DNA from: Lama guanicoe
Lineage: Eukaryota
Direction of reading: 5' to 3'
Length of the DNA: 64,000 nucleotides
NCBI GenBank assembly: GCA_013239625.1
Contig: MU057357.1
Location: 55,278,515-55,342,514 of the forward strand
A model generated the notes under the pieces. That model was not told where the DNA came from, ran no database searches, and worked only from the letters and a program-made list of their open reading frames with translations. Shown here one piece after another: positions 1-11,740 of the stretch; positions within the stretch are counted from its first letter, which is position 1, and every line of letters begins with the position of its first letter. Both the position numbers and the translations under genes were made by a program.

Positions 1-1174
1 TAAAACAGGTTTGATCCCCAATCTGGTTTACGTAAGAGTCTCGCAAAGAATAGATTTTTAAACACAATGTTTCAATGAAATGTGATAACATCGATCCAGG
101 CACTTTTGAAACTCAAAGCTGATGCATCCACCCACGTCAGGGAAAGTGAGGAGGTCTCAGTGCACAGAGGAATGATAATGAAAGGGTAAATTGGGAGGAA
201 GACTGTTCAGGCCAAGAGCTCTGAAAACTAGACTGCCCAAAGGGGAAGCCAGAAGACATTCTGAGTATATTGAGAAAACCAGTTCTGAACAAAACATGAA
301 CTACTAAAAGAAGAATAAGTAGGTAGCGACCAGGTCAGGGCAGGCCGTGAAGCCATACTAAGCAGACTGAACTTTAAGAGAATCACATACGTATTGAAGA
401 ATTTTAAATGTGTCACAAACCTAGCAAGTGATCACTTCCCTTTCAGATTTGTTTGATTACAGGGCTGCTAGCACCAAATAACCCCATGACTATTTTTCCT
501 TAAAGGGGCATCATATATGGTTTAACTACGGCCCTTTCGAGAAGACATTTTTGTAGTCATTAGTTTACAGCAGTTGCTTCCGCCTGCATCCCCTGCAAGG
601 TTAACAATAAATCTGTTTCTGATATAAGCCACTTTCTAGTTCACAATCCCTTATCTGGTTTTCTTGAGGCTGGATTCTGCTTTCTGGTTTCTATACGTAG
701 AAATGTATATTTATGGTCTGTGTCATATGATTTAAAAAACACAGTTTCCTTATCCCCATTTTTTAAATGTCTTTACATTTTTCTAAATAGAATACCAGTG
801 TAAGCAAGAGGTATATCTTAAGTTTCTTATATATTTCTTACTGGTTTTATTTCACAACGAACATTTGACTTTTTAAATAACTTTGAAAGGACTAAAATCC
901 AGTGCAGTGTGACTTTAATGTCTATTACATTTAAACACTCAAATCTTTGTTAAAAATGAAGGGCTGATATTTAACATTTAAGGAGACCAGCATGAGTATA
1001 TCAAGAAATAAATATTAATAAAAATAATATTACAACAATATAGTCTCAAGTATAAGATCATTTAAGCCCAAATAGACTTTCCTCAAATTCACATCTCTTT
1101 AAAACCAAAGCAAATAAGCCAAATACTGCTCACCAACAGGTTTTACTTCAAGAAGGTGGCAGCTCTTCAAAGAT

Positions 1175-1500
1175 ACTCATTCATTCAACAGTTACATGAG
1201 CACTTCCTTTGTGCCAAATACTAAAAAGTCGTAAGGCTAGAGATGAATAAATAACACAAAACCCCTGATTCAATGGAGATAACAACCTTATATAGAAGCA
1301 AAATTATAAAGAAATACTTCACAAAAAAAGTGATAAGAATAAAGCAAGGAATGTATGTATAAATATTCAGATAACAGGAAAGGAAGTAATTATTGTTGGT
1401 CCCCGTGGTGAGATCAGAAACACCATTCAAGAAGAGAGGCATATGAACTGAGCTTGAAATACGCGGAAAACATGATTGCAAAGGGCAATATAAGACCAGG
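1175..1500 (-). mobile_element. L2 LINE 3' fragment
   Basis: Starts with CATTCATTCAACA...GAGCACTTCCTTTGTGCCA, the reverse complement of the L2 3' end; boundaries approximate. Confidence 0.7.
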
Positions 1501-3046
1501 AATGGATATGATATATTCAAAGTTTAATGAAGGTAGTAAGATTAGAGACAGAAGATTACATGAGAGATAATATAGCATTAAGATTTATGAGATTATCATA
1601 TGTTAGGTGCTGGAGAAATATTTGTTGATTGAGGCAAGAAAGATTGAATAAATAAAACCATGAATTATCACTGGACTTGGTTCACTGACTAGATATGGGA
1701 AGTTTCTATGGTACTTCAGTCCTCTTTACCATGACCTTTGGTTTTTTTTTTTTTCTCCCTTCCATCTTCTAATTCTATATCAACATTAACTGTTCTTGTT
1801 GTATCACTGTCTTTTTATCTTCCAATTATTATTCAGAAAGTTACATTAGTGGATAAAAGTTTTTATCCACAGTAAATGGATAAAAGCCAACATAATGTTG
1901 CATATGCATGATTTATACACTTTAATGTTTGCTAGTGCTGTATGAATATTATTTTGCAACATAAATTATTAGAATCATCTGTTAAAGTTACAACATGTCA
2001 AAAATGGGTATAATGGTATCATATATTTCTTTAAAATATATTTTTATCAATATCTTGTTAGTATATTAGTTAAAATAATGATTCATTTACTTGGGGCAAT
2101 GAGAGCCTTACTTTTGTAATCTAATAGGCATATTCTATTTCCATGCAAACACAGTGTACATTATTACAGCACAATGTTCAGAAATGGGCTACATAAAGTT
2201 TCAACTACACTGGCTAAGCTGGTTACAGTCCATCCTTGTCAATGAAGAAAGGGGAAATGGAAAGAGACCGATTTTCTGGATAATAATGAATGGAGAATGT
2301 CTCGGGTCCACTTCCTCTAGAATATGCCACACTCACTATTTCATTTTGTCAGTGACAGAAACTGAATAAAATATATTTAACTACTGTCATAGGTCAGCCA
2401 GCACTACTGAAATGTCCCAGTGGTTCAAGATAATGATGAGGTGCTGAGATGGAGTTGAAAGCACTATGGATACCACCTTTAATACTGTACTTTTAATTTC
2501 ACATATTTTAAAAAGTAACTGATCATTTATATATGACTCATCCACCTCAGACATTTGAAAACCTACTCAGTTTCATTTGTAAACATCTGTGGAGATCATA
2601 CTCCAAGCCTAAATACTGGAGTCAGAAAAATATTACACTGCATCTGGTGTTTAATGTTTTTGCGAAGAACGCCATTAAGTGTGACAAGTAGGCTGCAGGC
2701 AGTGAGCAGTAACAGTGCATGCTGAGGTATTCCAAGTCCAAAAGTAAGAAAGTAGCATGACTGCAGTCTTTGGTGTCGTTCTGCTGCCAGACAGATGCTC
2801 ATTATTTGGGAAAAGTAGCACATTCTCTTTTTCTTTCTTGGAAAGGTCTTGCCACTAGCATTTCCATCCATTGACTGTAAGCTTTGGAGGCAGGTTTTGC
2901 TTTCTTGAAATTAGAAAGCCATCCCTAGCAAGGTGCAAGACATAACTGATGAAATTTTATTTAAATTATGCTGCAGAAAATGATTTGTAGATAACTTGAT
3001 TTTGAAGGGATATCAGAAAATATTTTTTTAAAATATTTTCAAGCTC

Positions 3047-3163
3047 ACAGAAAAAAATGTGACAATGAATATATATATGTTCATGTATAACTGAAAAATT
3101 GTGCTCTACACTGGAATTTGACACAGCATTGTAAAATGATTGTAAATCAATAAAAAAGGTTAA
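3047..3163 (+). mobile_element. Short 5'-truncated young L1 3' end (camelid L1_Vpa-like) with target-site duplication
   Basis: ATGTATAACTGAAAAATTGTGCTCTACACTGGAATTTGACACAGCATTGTAAAATGA...CAATAAAAAA; flanked by AAAATATTTTCAAGCTC (3030-3046) and AAAATATTTTCAACCTC (3164-3180), 16/17 identical. Confidence 0.85.
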
Positions 3164-3329
3164 AAAATATTTTCAACCTCTAAATCTTTACAGTAGATTA
3201 TTTTCTAATAGTCAACTGCCCTATAGTCTGTCCACGAAAATATACACTTCAAGGAAACAGTGTCCATGTTCTTGACTCATATGTCCAGGCTATGATTCTC
3301 AATATCATTTTCACCCACAAAAAAAAAGA

Positions 3330-5290
3330 TCCCTGGCTTTTTGAAGAATTGGCTCATTCCAGGTCTAGGACAAAAAAAATGCTCTGTAGAGACTCTGACT
3401 TCTTGTGCTGAAAAACAAGAAAACTCAAAATCTAACTGGATTGTGTAAAAGGGACACAGGAACCAGCCTGACTGAGCTAGTACTGGTAAGAGGTGGGGGG
3501 GAGGGGTTCAGCATGGAAAAGAATAATGAGTACAATTAATAAAAACCCTGAATGTACAAAAATCCATGAGCTCATAATGACACTGCAAAACATCTTTCTA
3601 CAGAAAGGAATATAGACATAAGTACAGCTATCGCTATAAAGAGAAACAAAGTGTTCAAACAAACAAAAGAGGAAAAACAGAATTCCTGCTTTCACTGGGG
3701 GTAGCTGGAATATCGACATTTTACTATAAAAATTGGTAATGAAATGCAAAAATTAAAACTCAGGGTGCTTGGACTGAATTGTGTCCACTCAATTTTAACA
3801 TACTGAAGCCCTAACCTCTGAACCTAAGAATGTGCCTGTTTGGAGACAGGGCTTTTAAAGGAGTAACAAAGGTCAAATGAGGTCATCAGTGTGGGGCTCT
3901 AAGCCAATGTGACTGATTTCTTACAAGAAGAGAAAGAGAAACCAGGGCTGCAGGAGCACAGAGAAAAGGCCACGTGAGGACACAAAAGAGAGTCTTTTGC
4001 AAGCCAAGGAGGCACAGCTCAGGAGAAACCAAACCTGCTGACACGTAGATCTTGGCCTTGCAGCCTCCAGAACTGTGACAAATAAATTCTTAAGAGTGTT
4101 TTTAAGCCACTCGGTAGGTGGTAATTTGTTTTGGCAGCTCTAGCCAATCAAATGTACAAGATAACTGAAAAATTCTAGTTGTTAAAGGCAAGTTTGTCTT
4201 TACAGTATTCCAGATAACAAATTATAAAAACAGACAATAAAATTAGAAAACACCACCATTTTGCAACCCCAAATGAAATAATGATTCAGGCAATGATCAC
4301 CAACAGATACTAAAATTATGAGAAAAGTTGACAGGGAAATTTACAAGAGAATAACCTAGCTGGGACCTGCATTCCCAACCTGTCTCCATCACTAAAGTAG
4401 GACAAGTGGATATTATGTGTGCCCTGATGTGACACGACATTAAGTACCCAGCGTTAGCTTCAAAATATTTTTGTTAAAAAGATAAACCTAAATTGAACTA
4501 TGTTTTTTGCTCTAACTTCCAATTCTCAAGAAATATACTAGATGCAGGTACATATTCAATTTGATCATGAAGTAACAGTCAGACAAGTTTAGAATGTAGG
4601 ACATTCTGCCCATCAATTGTTTTGGTTTCTTTGATTAGTTGATAGAGGGAAGCACGGGGGATTGGCTTGTATATACAAAGAGCAATCCTTTGGATCCTAG
4701 GGGAGAAAAAAGACACTGGTGAAAAAAGTGGTAAAATCTAAATAAAGTGTATAGTTTAGTTAATAATATACTAGTGCTGATTTCTTGCTTTGAATCATTG
4801 TACTATGGTTATTTAAGATGGTAACATTAGGGGAAGGTGAGTGAAAGCTATCCTGCAACTTTCTGTATTTTGCAGTGTTTCAATAACTCTAAAATTGTTT
4901 CAAATTTGAAAGTCAAAACAGAGAGACAAGGCAAATACAAAGTGCACAGCATATTTGGTTCTCGATTTGAACGTATCAATCGCAAAGTGTCATTTAAAAC
5001 AATTCTAGGAAATTCAAATATGAATTCAGTATTAGATATACTTAATTTTGTAGGCATGATAATGGTGTTATGGATGCAGAGGAACAACTTATTTTGGAAA
5101 AAAAAAATTTAGAAGTATTTAGTGATAAATATCATGATGCCAAGGATCGGACTTTAAAATTCTAGAGGGAAAAAAAGAAGGAAAATTAAGCATTGATTAG
5201 TTTCCATTGATAACAGTTTAATCTGGGGATGGGTATACAGGAGGTCTTTATAACATACTTTCCATATCTGAGTTTGTTTGCAAGCTTTAA
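3330..5290 (+). mobile_element. Old L1 3'-UTR fragments (L1MC/L1ME class), interrupted by an MLT1 LTR
   Basis: L1MC-type motifs (GGCTCATTCCAGG...AAGGGACACAGGAACCAGC; TGTACTATGGTTATTTAAGATGGTAACATTAGGGGAAG; TAAAATTGTTTCAAA); subfamily and borders approximate. Confidence 0.7.
3766..4158 (+). mobile_element. MaLR solo LTR (MLT1B-like)
   Basis: TG...GACTGAATTGTGTCC start, GAGGTCATCAGTGTGGGGCTCTAAGCCAATGTGACTG, AAACCAAACCTGCTGACAC...CAGCCTCCAGAACTGTGA, AATAAA, ends TACA. Confidence 0.9.
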
Positions 5291-5592
5291 CAATAAAAAG
5301 ATGCTAAAAAGTTTATAATCCATAAATTTCGCTTGGTCATGCAACCAGAAAAGAGTTGTAGACTTGTTCCTAGCCCCTGTCCACATCATTCTCTGGCTAT
5401 ATGCTGCTGAGTGTAACAAAAGCTTCATGACCTGCTGTTGCAAGGGCTTCCTAGCAACCTCTGTGCCTACGCTGAGGCCTGCAGGAGAATTTCATAAGCT
5501 AATAAAGAAAAGCTTTTACAATTAAAGCATTAAGTGCTATGAGATTTCTATTGCAATCTATGACTTCCAAGAAAACAAACAAAAATATCAGA

Positions 5593-5993
5593 TGCATCAG
5601 TCATGTTTTGTTGGGCTGCCATGACAAAATACTTCGAACTGGGTCACTTAAACAAGGGAAATTTATTTTCTCAAAATTGTGAAGGCTGGAAGTCCTAGAT
5701 CAAGACACCAGCTGATTCAGTTCCTGGAGAGAGTTCTCTTCCTGGCTTGTGGTCAGCCATCTTCTCACACGGCNNNNNNNNNNNNNNNNNNNNNNNNNNN
5801 NNNNNNNNNNNNNNNNNNNNNNNNNNNNNNNNNNNNNNNNNNNNNNNNNNNNNNNNNNNNNNNNNNNNNNNNNNNNNNNNNNNNNNNNNNNNNNNNNNNN
5901 NNNNNNNNNNNNNNNNNNNNNNNNNNNNNNNNNNNNNNNNNNNNNNNNNNNTTCAATAAATGAATTTAGGGGGTCACAATTCTGTCTGCAGCA
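5593..5993 (-). mobile_element. MaLR solo LTR (MLT1A0-like) spanning an assembly gap
   Basis: GGGCTGCCATGACAAAATAC...ATTTATTTTCTCA...GGCTGGAAGTCC.AGATCAAG; far end ATGAATTTAGGGGGTCACAATTC. Confidence 0.85.
5774..5951. other. Assembly gap (N run)
   Basis: 178 N. Confidence 1.
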
Positions 5994-6229
5994 CATGTCA
6001 ATGGAATATTTGTTCTAAGTCTCCCTCCACCAGCATGGGTGAGAGGACAAACATCTCTGAATTTCGATCAAGTATGGATCAGGGTTTTAATATAGAAATA
6101 TGAAGGATGAGACAATTATATAAAAATAATTATCAGTCTCTAACAGGCATATGAAATAAGAGAATTTCTTAGTTGATGGATAAATATGACTTTGGTTAAC
6201 CAAGATTTTTGACCTTTTATAAGTTTTCT

Positions 6230-6600
6230 TGTTGCCCATGTTTTGAATCCCAATTGAATAAATGTAAAACTTATCTGAGATGTGGGCTGTATAGAAAGTA
6301 AAGAAACAGACAGTAAAACAAAGGTTAGAATAAGAGAATATCATGAAATTAAAGGGGAAGGATTCAGCAATTAGGAAGCACTTCCCAACAATGAAATCTA
6401 TTAGAGCAGGAAAAGTTCTCCTGGGGGAAGTACAGAAATCTTATGGACCAAGTCATTTCAAATAGACTAGACAAAATAATAAAAAATGGCATTAAGAGAA
6501 CAGTCCCTCAAGAGAAAGATGTGGGTGGGAGGTTGATTAGATAATTTAATAGAGCTGTCTCATCTTTAAATGTCTATAATTCTAAAATCCTATAAGATTT
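6230..6600 (+). mobile_element. Ancient CR1/L3-type LINE 3' end
   Basis: GAAATTAAAGGGGAAGGATTCAG...AGGAAGCACTTCCCAACAATGAAATCTATTAGA...TCATTTCAAATAGACTAGACAAA, ending in degenerate TCTATGAT-like repeats (GTCTATAATTCTAAAATCCTATAAGA). Confidence 0.6.
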
Positions 6601-7645
6601 TTAGACAGTTTGGTCACCCAAGAGAGAGACTTCAATTTCATTCTGTATGACATATTTAATAGGTGAACAGCAGTGCTCATGCAAGCTTGGCCTGGCTTGC
6701 TCTCTGGGGCTGGCACTACACTAACTACAGCTCTAACATAAACCTCAATGAAACCAATAATTACTAAGCAATCCCTGTGCAGAATTTCCACCAGACATCA
6801 AAGGCTCATATCAGCACCATTAATGCAGAATTATTGAAATTTAAATCAGAAGTGTTTATCCAACACTGTGATGAGATAAAGTGATTTGAGACTGCTTATC
6901 ATGATTAAGGCTGCAGATTGCAGGTTATTATTAGAATGAAAAGGGGATATGAAATGAATGGGAAGAAAACCAAACATGAGTTCTTATTATCTGGGGGAAG
7001 TAGAAGATTGCATCTTGAATGCAATTAATGCACTAAAATGGTGTAGCATTGTCCTGTTTCCTGCACTTTTATAACTGAGGACCTGCCTGAATAGGACATA
7101 ACGCTTCAGAGCCAAATGAACAAAAACAAAGTCCCGACCTGTTTAAAATCTCTCACAAGGCTTTATCTTTCATATATGAAACTATTATTAGTGACTAAAG
7201 TAAAGGTCAATGAGAAATTGCAGTAGGAGAAAAGGGCTAACTCTGAACTACACTTTACATCCATACTTTAGAATGTATCTACAGAATTATTCACACTTAC
7301 ATGGAAATGTCATCCCATGGAAATTTGTTTTCCAAGGCTTCCATAAGTTGAAAGTTTAATGCTTAAAGTTATTTATTATAACATTTGCTGATGTATTTAT
7401 AATTTTCTATTACTTTAGAATCCAGTTATAAAGAATACTGCAGATAACATCAACCAGTATGTAATTATTTATGTTTATTAAATAACACACCTATCACTTA
7501 TTGTAGTCAATTGTTAGTGCTTTTACGTTCTCAACAGTTCACATACCTTTAATAATATTTGTGGATGTGCCTTTTTTTTTCCCCCAACTAGAATATGAAC
7601 TCTTTTGGCTTAGGGAATTCATTTATCTACACACCACGTGGTATG

Positions 7646-7705
7646 AGATAGACAGATAGATAATAGATAGATAGATAGATAGATAGACATAGATTTAGAT
7701 ATACT
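7646..7705 (+). repeat. (AGAT)n tetranucleotide microsatellite
   Basis: Directly visible imperfect GATA/AGAT run, followed by partly inverted ATCT repeats to ~7750. Confidence 0.9.
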
Positions 7706-8054
7706 TATATGAATCTATATTTGTATCTATATCTATTTAGAAATAGATAGCAAGCTCCAAAATGTAAAACACATGAAGGGAAAAGTTAAAAACAAGTCAA
7801 AGCCAAAAAAAATATGATTTTCTTTCTTTTTAATCAGTGAAAACTATTTTTAAAAAGTACAACTTTTTAAAAACCTTGATCAAGTCCCAACAATAAATAC
7901 TCCCTTTCACACAGTATTATGTATAGGAATTTTTACTCACTATACCTTTTGAAAAGGACTTTTTGTTTGATTATGTTAACTAATTTACTCCTTTACATTA
8001 AAAAATATTCTGAATTTCCCATAAACGATTCCTTCATTATCTCAATTACAAATA

Positions 8055-8480
8055 ACTTTCAGAATTTACTAGATGCCAGACAAAGGAACACCCTCATGAA
8101 ATAAACATTCTATTGGGAAGAGAAACAAAAGATGAACAAATAATCGAATAACATCATGCGAGGCAATGATAAGCACCCATCCAAATACTGGATGTGAAGA
8201 GACACTTCCTTGATGGGCAGATGTGTGAATAAAGTGAGCAAATGAAACTGTGAGAATATCTGGCAGAACAGGGTTTCAGCAAAAGGACCATAAATGCAAA
8301 GGCCCTGGGGTTAGTATGAAGTTGGCAAGTCCGAACAACAGTAGGGAGTTCAGTGTGACTGCAGAGCACAGTGTGGGACAATGAATGTTAGAAACGGAGT
8401 CAGAGGGGCTGCTCGTGTGGGCCTCGCGACTGAAGGAAGGAGATACAGGGTATAAGGAAGGGGATCTGTTCCCAGTCAAA
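8055..8480 (-). mobile_element. L2 LINE fragment
   Basis: AAATGCAAAGGCCCTGGGGTTAG...GTGTGACTGCAGAGCACAGTG; typical L2 antisense. Confidence 0.7.
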
Positions 8481-10619
8481 ATGCATGCAGTGCCTATGTG
8501 TAAGTTTCACGAGGTCAGCGCTGGGTTGACTCACACATTTTCCATCTATTCAGCATTGATTCTTTCTGGTGAACAAGGGCATGTGTAATAAACCTATAAA
8601 TAAATTACAAAGAGGACACTGTTGAAAGCTGACTCTACAATCAATATTCATGTCTAATGCAGTTTTAGAGAGCAAAAACAGGATGTAAAGAACTGAATAT
8701 AACATAGCAGAATGTATTTGTTATTATCAATTATGAGCACAGATCTTTGGAACAGAATTAGCTGTGGAGGTTTTTTTAAGTTCCTGAGTATTCTCCATAG
8801 CAGAATTAATAACTACGTATGTTCACCTTTTTAGGACAGAGTTAAATTCAAAACATATATTAAAGAAGCGCAAAGAACTTCCTTAAGGAGTAAAAAAAAA
8901 AAAAGATACAGAAAAATAATTATATGGAAATACGGTTTTAAAGCAAATGTTTATATTGAAAAGAATTCAAACAAATGAGGCCACTCTGCTCTCCTATCTT
9001 CCTAACTCAGGGCAGTCTGGGGGGTGGTGCGCAGCAGCTATTTCTGCACGTTCAACACACCATAAATACAGCAGCCTTGCTTCGCTGTAAGTCACGGCGC
9101 CTGCTTTAACTGTCTCACCTATTTATGGCTGTGATCTTTTCAAGAATTGCTTTCTGGCTCTAAAAGTATTTTGTTAAATTGCCTCGCTTACAATAAATCC
9201 TTTTGTTACCACTGTGTTCCTAGGATTTAACAAAGATCTTAAAATGTTCCTGGATGGTCACCTTTCACTACAATGCACATAACATCACGGATTATATATT
9301 TTTACCTAAAGACCTTGGAAGGCATTTCTACTGAGATAATTATAAAAGAAAAAGACTGAAAAATGAGCAAATACAATTTTATCAACCTAATATATTCAAT
9401 GATTTCCTTAACATACTTTACTTTATACTCTACAAATTCACCAGGACTATGTACTATTATTATATCTATACATTGTATTAAGCATGATATATGTGAAAAC
9501 TTGGCTAGTAACTCATAAAATGACATGTGTCCCCTGGGAATGGAGCTGTCATCTATGTCAAAAGTCACACAGTTAAGTAAAAACCAAGAGAAATCACTGA
9601 ATTTTGTTTTAAAGGAAAAGCTGCATCGTTAGGAAAAAAATGTGTATCAGGTAATAATCTTGACAGAATTTTGAGGTAGTTTTGAGGAGAAAAAGTGTGA
9701 AGACTAGATTTGGGGACACTGTTTAGTTAAAGAGCAATGTGGTTATTGTGCAGTGAGTGGCAAATATGCAGACAGTACAACCAGTTGATTAATATACACA
9801 TTTTGTAAAGCAACCAGTTGTGACAATTTACCTGGGGCATGTAAACCAATTTTGAAACATAACATTATAGGGACAATGCATTTATCTCTGACGCAGTCGG
9901 GTTATAACGTCTTTTCTTTATAGATGAGGAAAATGTTGGCTGACACCATCAGAATTTGCAACTTAAGCCCATTCCCCTACTCTTAACATTTTGTCCTTAG
10001 GGCAAAAAAGTTGAATTTATAAAATCAATAACAAGAGTGATGTATTTCAATCTCTGTAGTGAAATTTGATTCAAATTACGGGATGATGTCAACACCAAAT
10101 ACAAGCTATTTGATATTTTGCTGAGGAAAGTATAAAACTGATCCCAAACAATAAGCAATTTGTCTCCGCCAGTGGCCAAGTAGCATGTCTGTCTAAAGCC
10201 CCGGTCCATCAGAATTCAGTGATGCAGGCGAGGACATGTAAGAAAGAGGGAATAAAAAGAATTAAATTTGGATCCTAATAGAATGTGGAAAGGATCCGAC
10301 AACAGAAAGGTGACTCTGATCTGTGATTTCAGAAACAGGAATCCATGACTCCAGGAGCAGATCTCAGAGGACTGTGAATAACGTGATCAACAAGAGATGC
10401 CATGGGCTGTGGGCTCCTACCAGTTGCCCTTCAAGTAGAGGCTTGTGGTTTGCACTCGAAAAAGACCACTGTGCCAGGTGGGAAGAAAGTGGGGCATGGC
10501 TGCCAGCTGGTTATTAATGAGGACACGTAGGCTTGAAAAAAAACAAAACAAAAAACATGGGACAGCAGCCCCTGCTAGCTACTAAATATAGCAAAGAAAC
10601 TCTTTAGCAACCAATACAA

Positions 10620-10825
10620 TGTTTAGGAGTGTGACTTCCAGCTATTCACTTGCTGTGTAGCCCAAGTTAATATCAATTCTTTACTAACATCAATTCCTGC
10701 ATCTGGAAAACAGGAATGGCAATAATAATACCTTGTGGATACTGCCTAGATTAGTGGAGACACTGAAGGAAAAGCACTAACAACTATGAGACACACAGGA
10801 CGTGCTCCATAAATGTTAGTTAAGA
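10620..10825 (+). mobile_element. MIR SINE
   Basis: CACTTGCTGTGT...CATCTGGAAAACAGGAATG...GTGCTCCATAAATGTTAG. Confidence 0.7.
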
Positions 10826-11289
10826 TTACTGTTGATATCTATATAATATCCCGAGAGAAGCTTTTATTGCCCCCTTTCCGGCTTCACCCACTGACTGTGT
10901 CATAGTGTCAGGCAATCTGTTGTATGACATAGCAAAGTAAATTGTGGACAAACTATTTTCCTGTCTCTTCACGTGGTTATGGGAGAACCAAAATAAATCA
11001 AAACAAACTTTTGTAAAGCCCACATCAACTCCCAGTATTGTCCTGTGCCTGTAAGAACAGAAAGATCTGCCGGTGTTCAAAAAAAAAAGATTTTTTAGTA
11101 TGAAAAAAGGGGGTAAACCAGGAGACTCAGAATCACTGTCTTATCATGAAATCAATATCCTACAAGAAATATGGAAAAACTCTAGAAAATTTCCGATTTG
11201 TCTTCTCAATAGAATTCAAGATTCTGCAGCTTTCATCATAGAAAGGTCATAATACAAAAATAAAGCTTAGATACAGATTTTTTAAAGGA

Positions 11290-11740
11290 CTGCCTTAAAT
11301 TTAAAAAACCATACATATGCATACATATTAATTTTTGTCCTTACTCCTCTGTTCCAACTATCAGATAGGATACATTTGGGATCCTGCACACTACGACAAG
11401 GTAGTTTGTCAAAATTTCCTTGATTATGTAAGTGCCTTTTTGGTTCTACTGGTATTTTGATTATAACTGCATTAATTTTAGAGGTCAATTTGAACAAAGT
11501 TTTACCCTTTTAGTATTGATTGTTCTCATCGAGGGCAACAGCATTCAAATTTTCTTTTGTGTAATAATCAGTCACATAAACATTTATCTAAAGAATAAAT
11601 AAATGCCACTTTTTTTCACAATTATTGTTGTAATGCTCTTAAAATAGATCCTAAAATTTCTTTTCAAGTTGATCCAAGATATTTTGTATTTTTGGTAAAT
11701 TAAACCTTTGTCCTTTTATAGAATTTTCTATTTGTCACTA
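11290..11740 (-). mobile_element. Old L1 ORF2/3' fragment
   Basis: TCTACTGGTATTTTGATTATAACTGCATTAATTTTAGAGGTCAATTTGAAC; the minus ORF KINAVIIKIP resembles the L1 ORF2 FNAIPIKIP motif. Confidence 0.6.

Noticed and set aside
1863-1871. TTATCCACA, identical to a bacterial DnaA box
   Set aside because: Mammalian context; it is a by-product of the local inverted repeat
2703-2726. TGAGCAGTAACAG shared in inverted orientation with 60686-60698
   Set aside because: Many 13-mer matches are expected by chance between both strands of 64 kb, and the flanks do not align further
9306-9330. Minus-strand micro-exon tctcag|TAGAAATGCCTTCCAAGGTCTTTAG|gtaaaa
   Set aside because: 25 nt (or 22 nt) is not frame-preserving, the peptide is unrecognised and the donor is only moderate
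9997-10209. Minus ORF containing YLATGGDKLLIVWD, resembling part of a WD40 repeat
   Set aside because: Similarity is limited to 14 residues, with no adjacent GH or further repeats, no usable donor site and a non-protein-like remainder; a tBLASTn/HMMER WD40 hit would be needed
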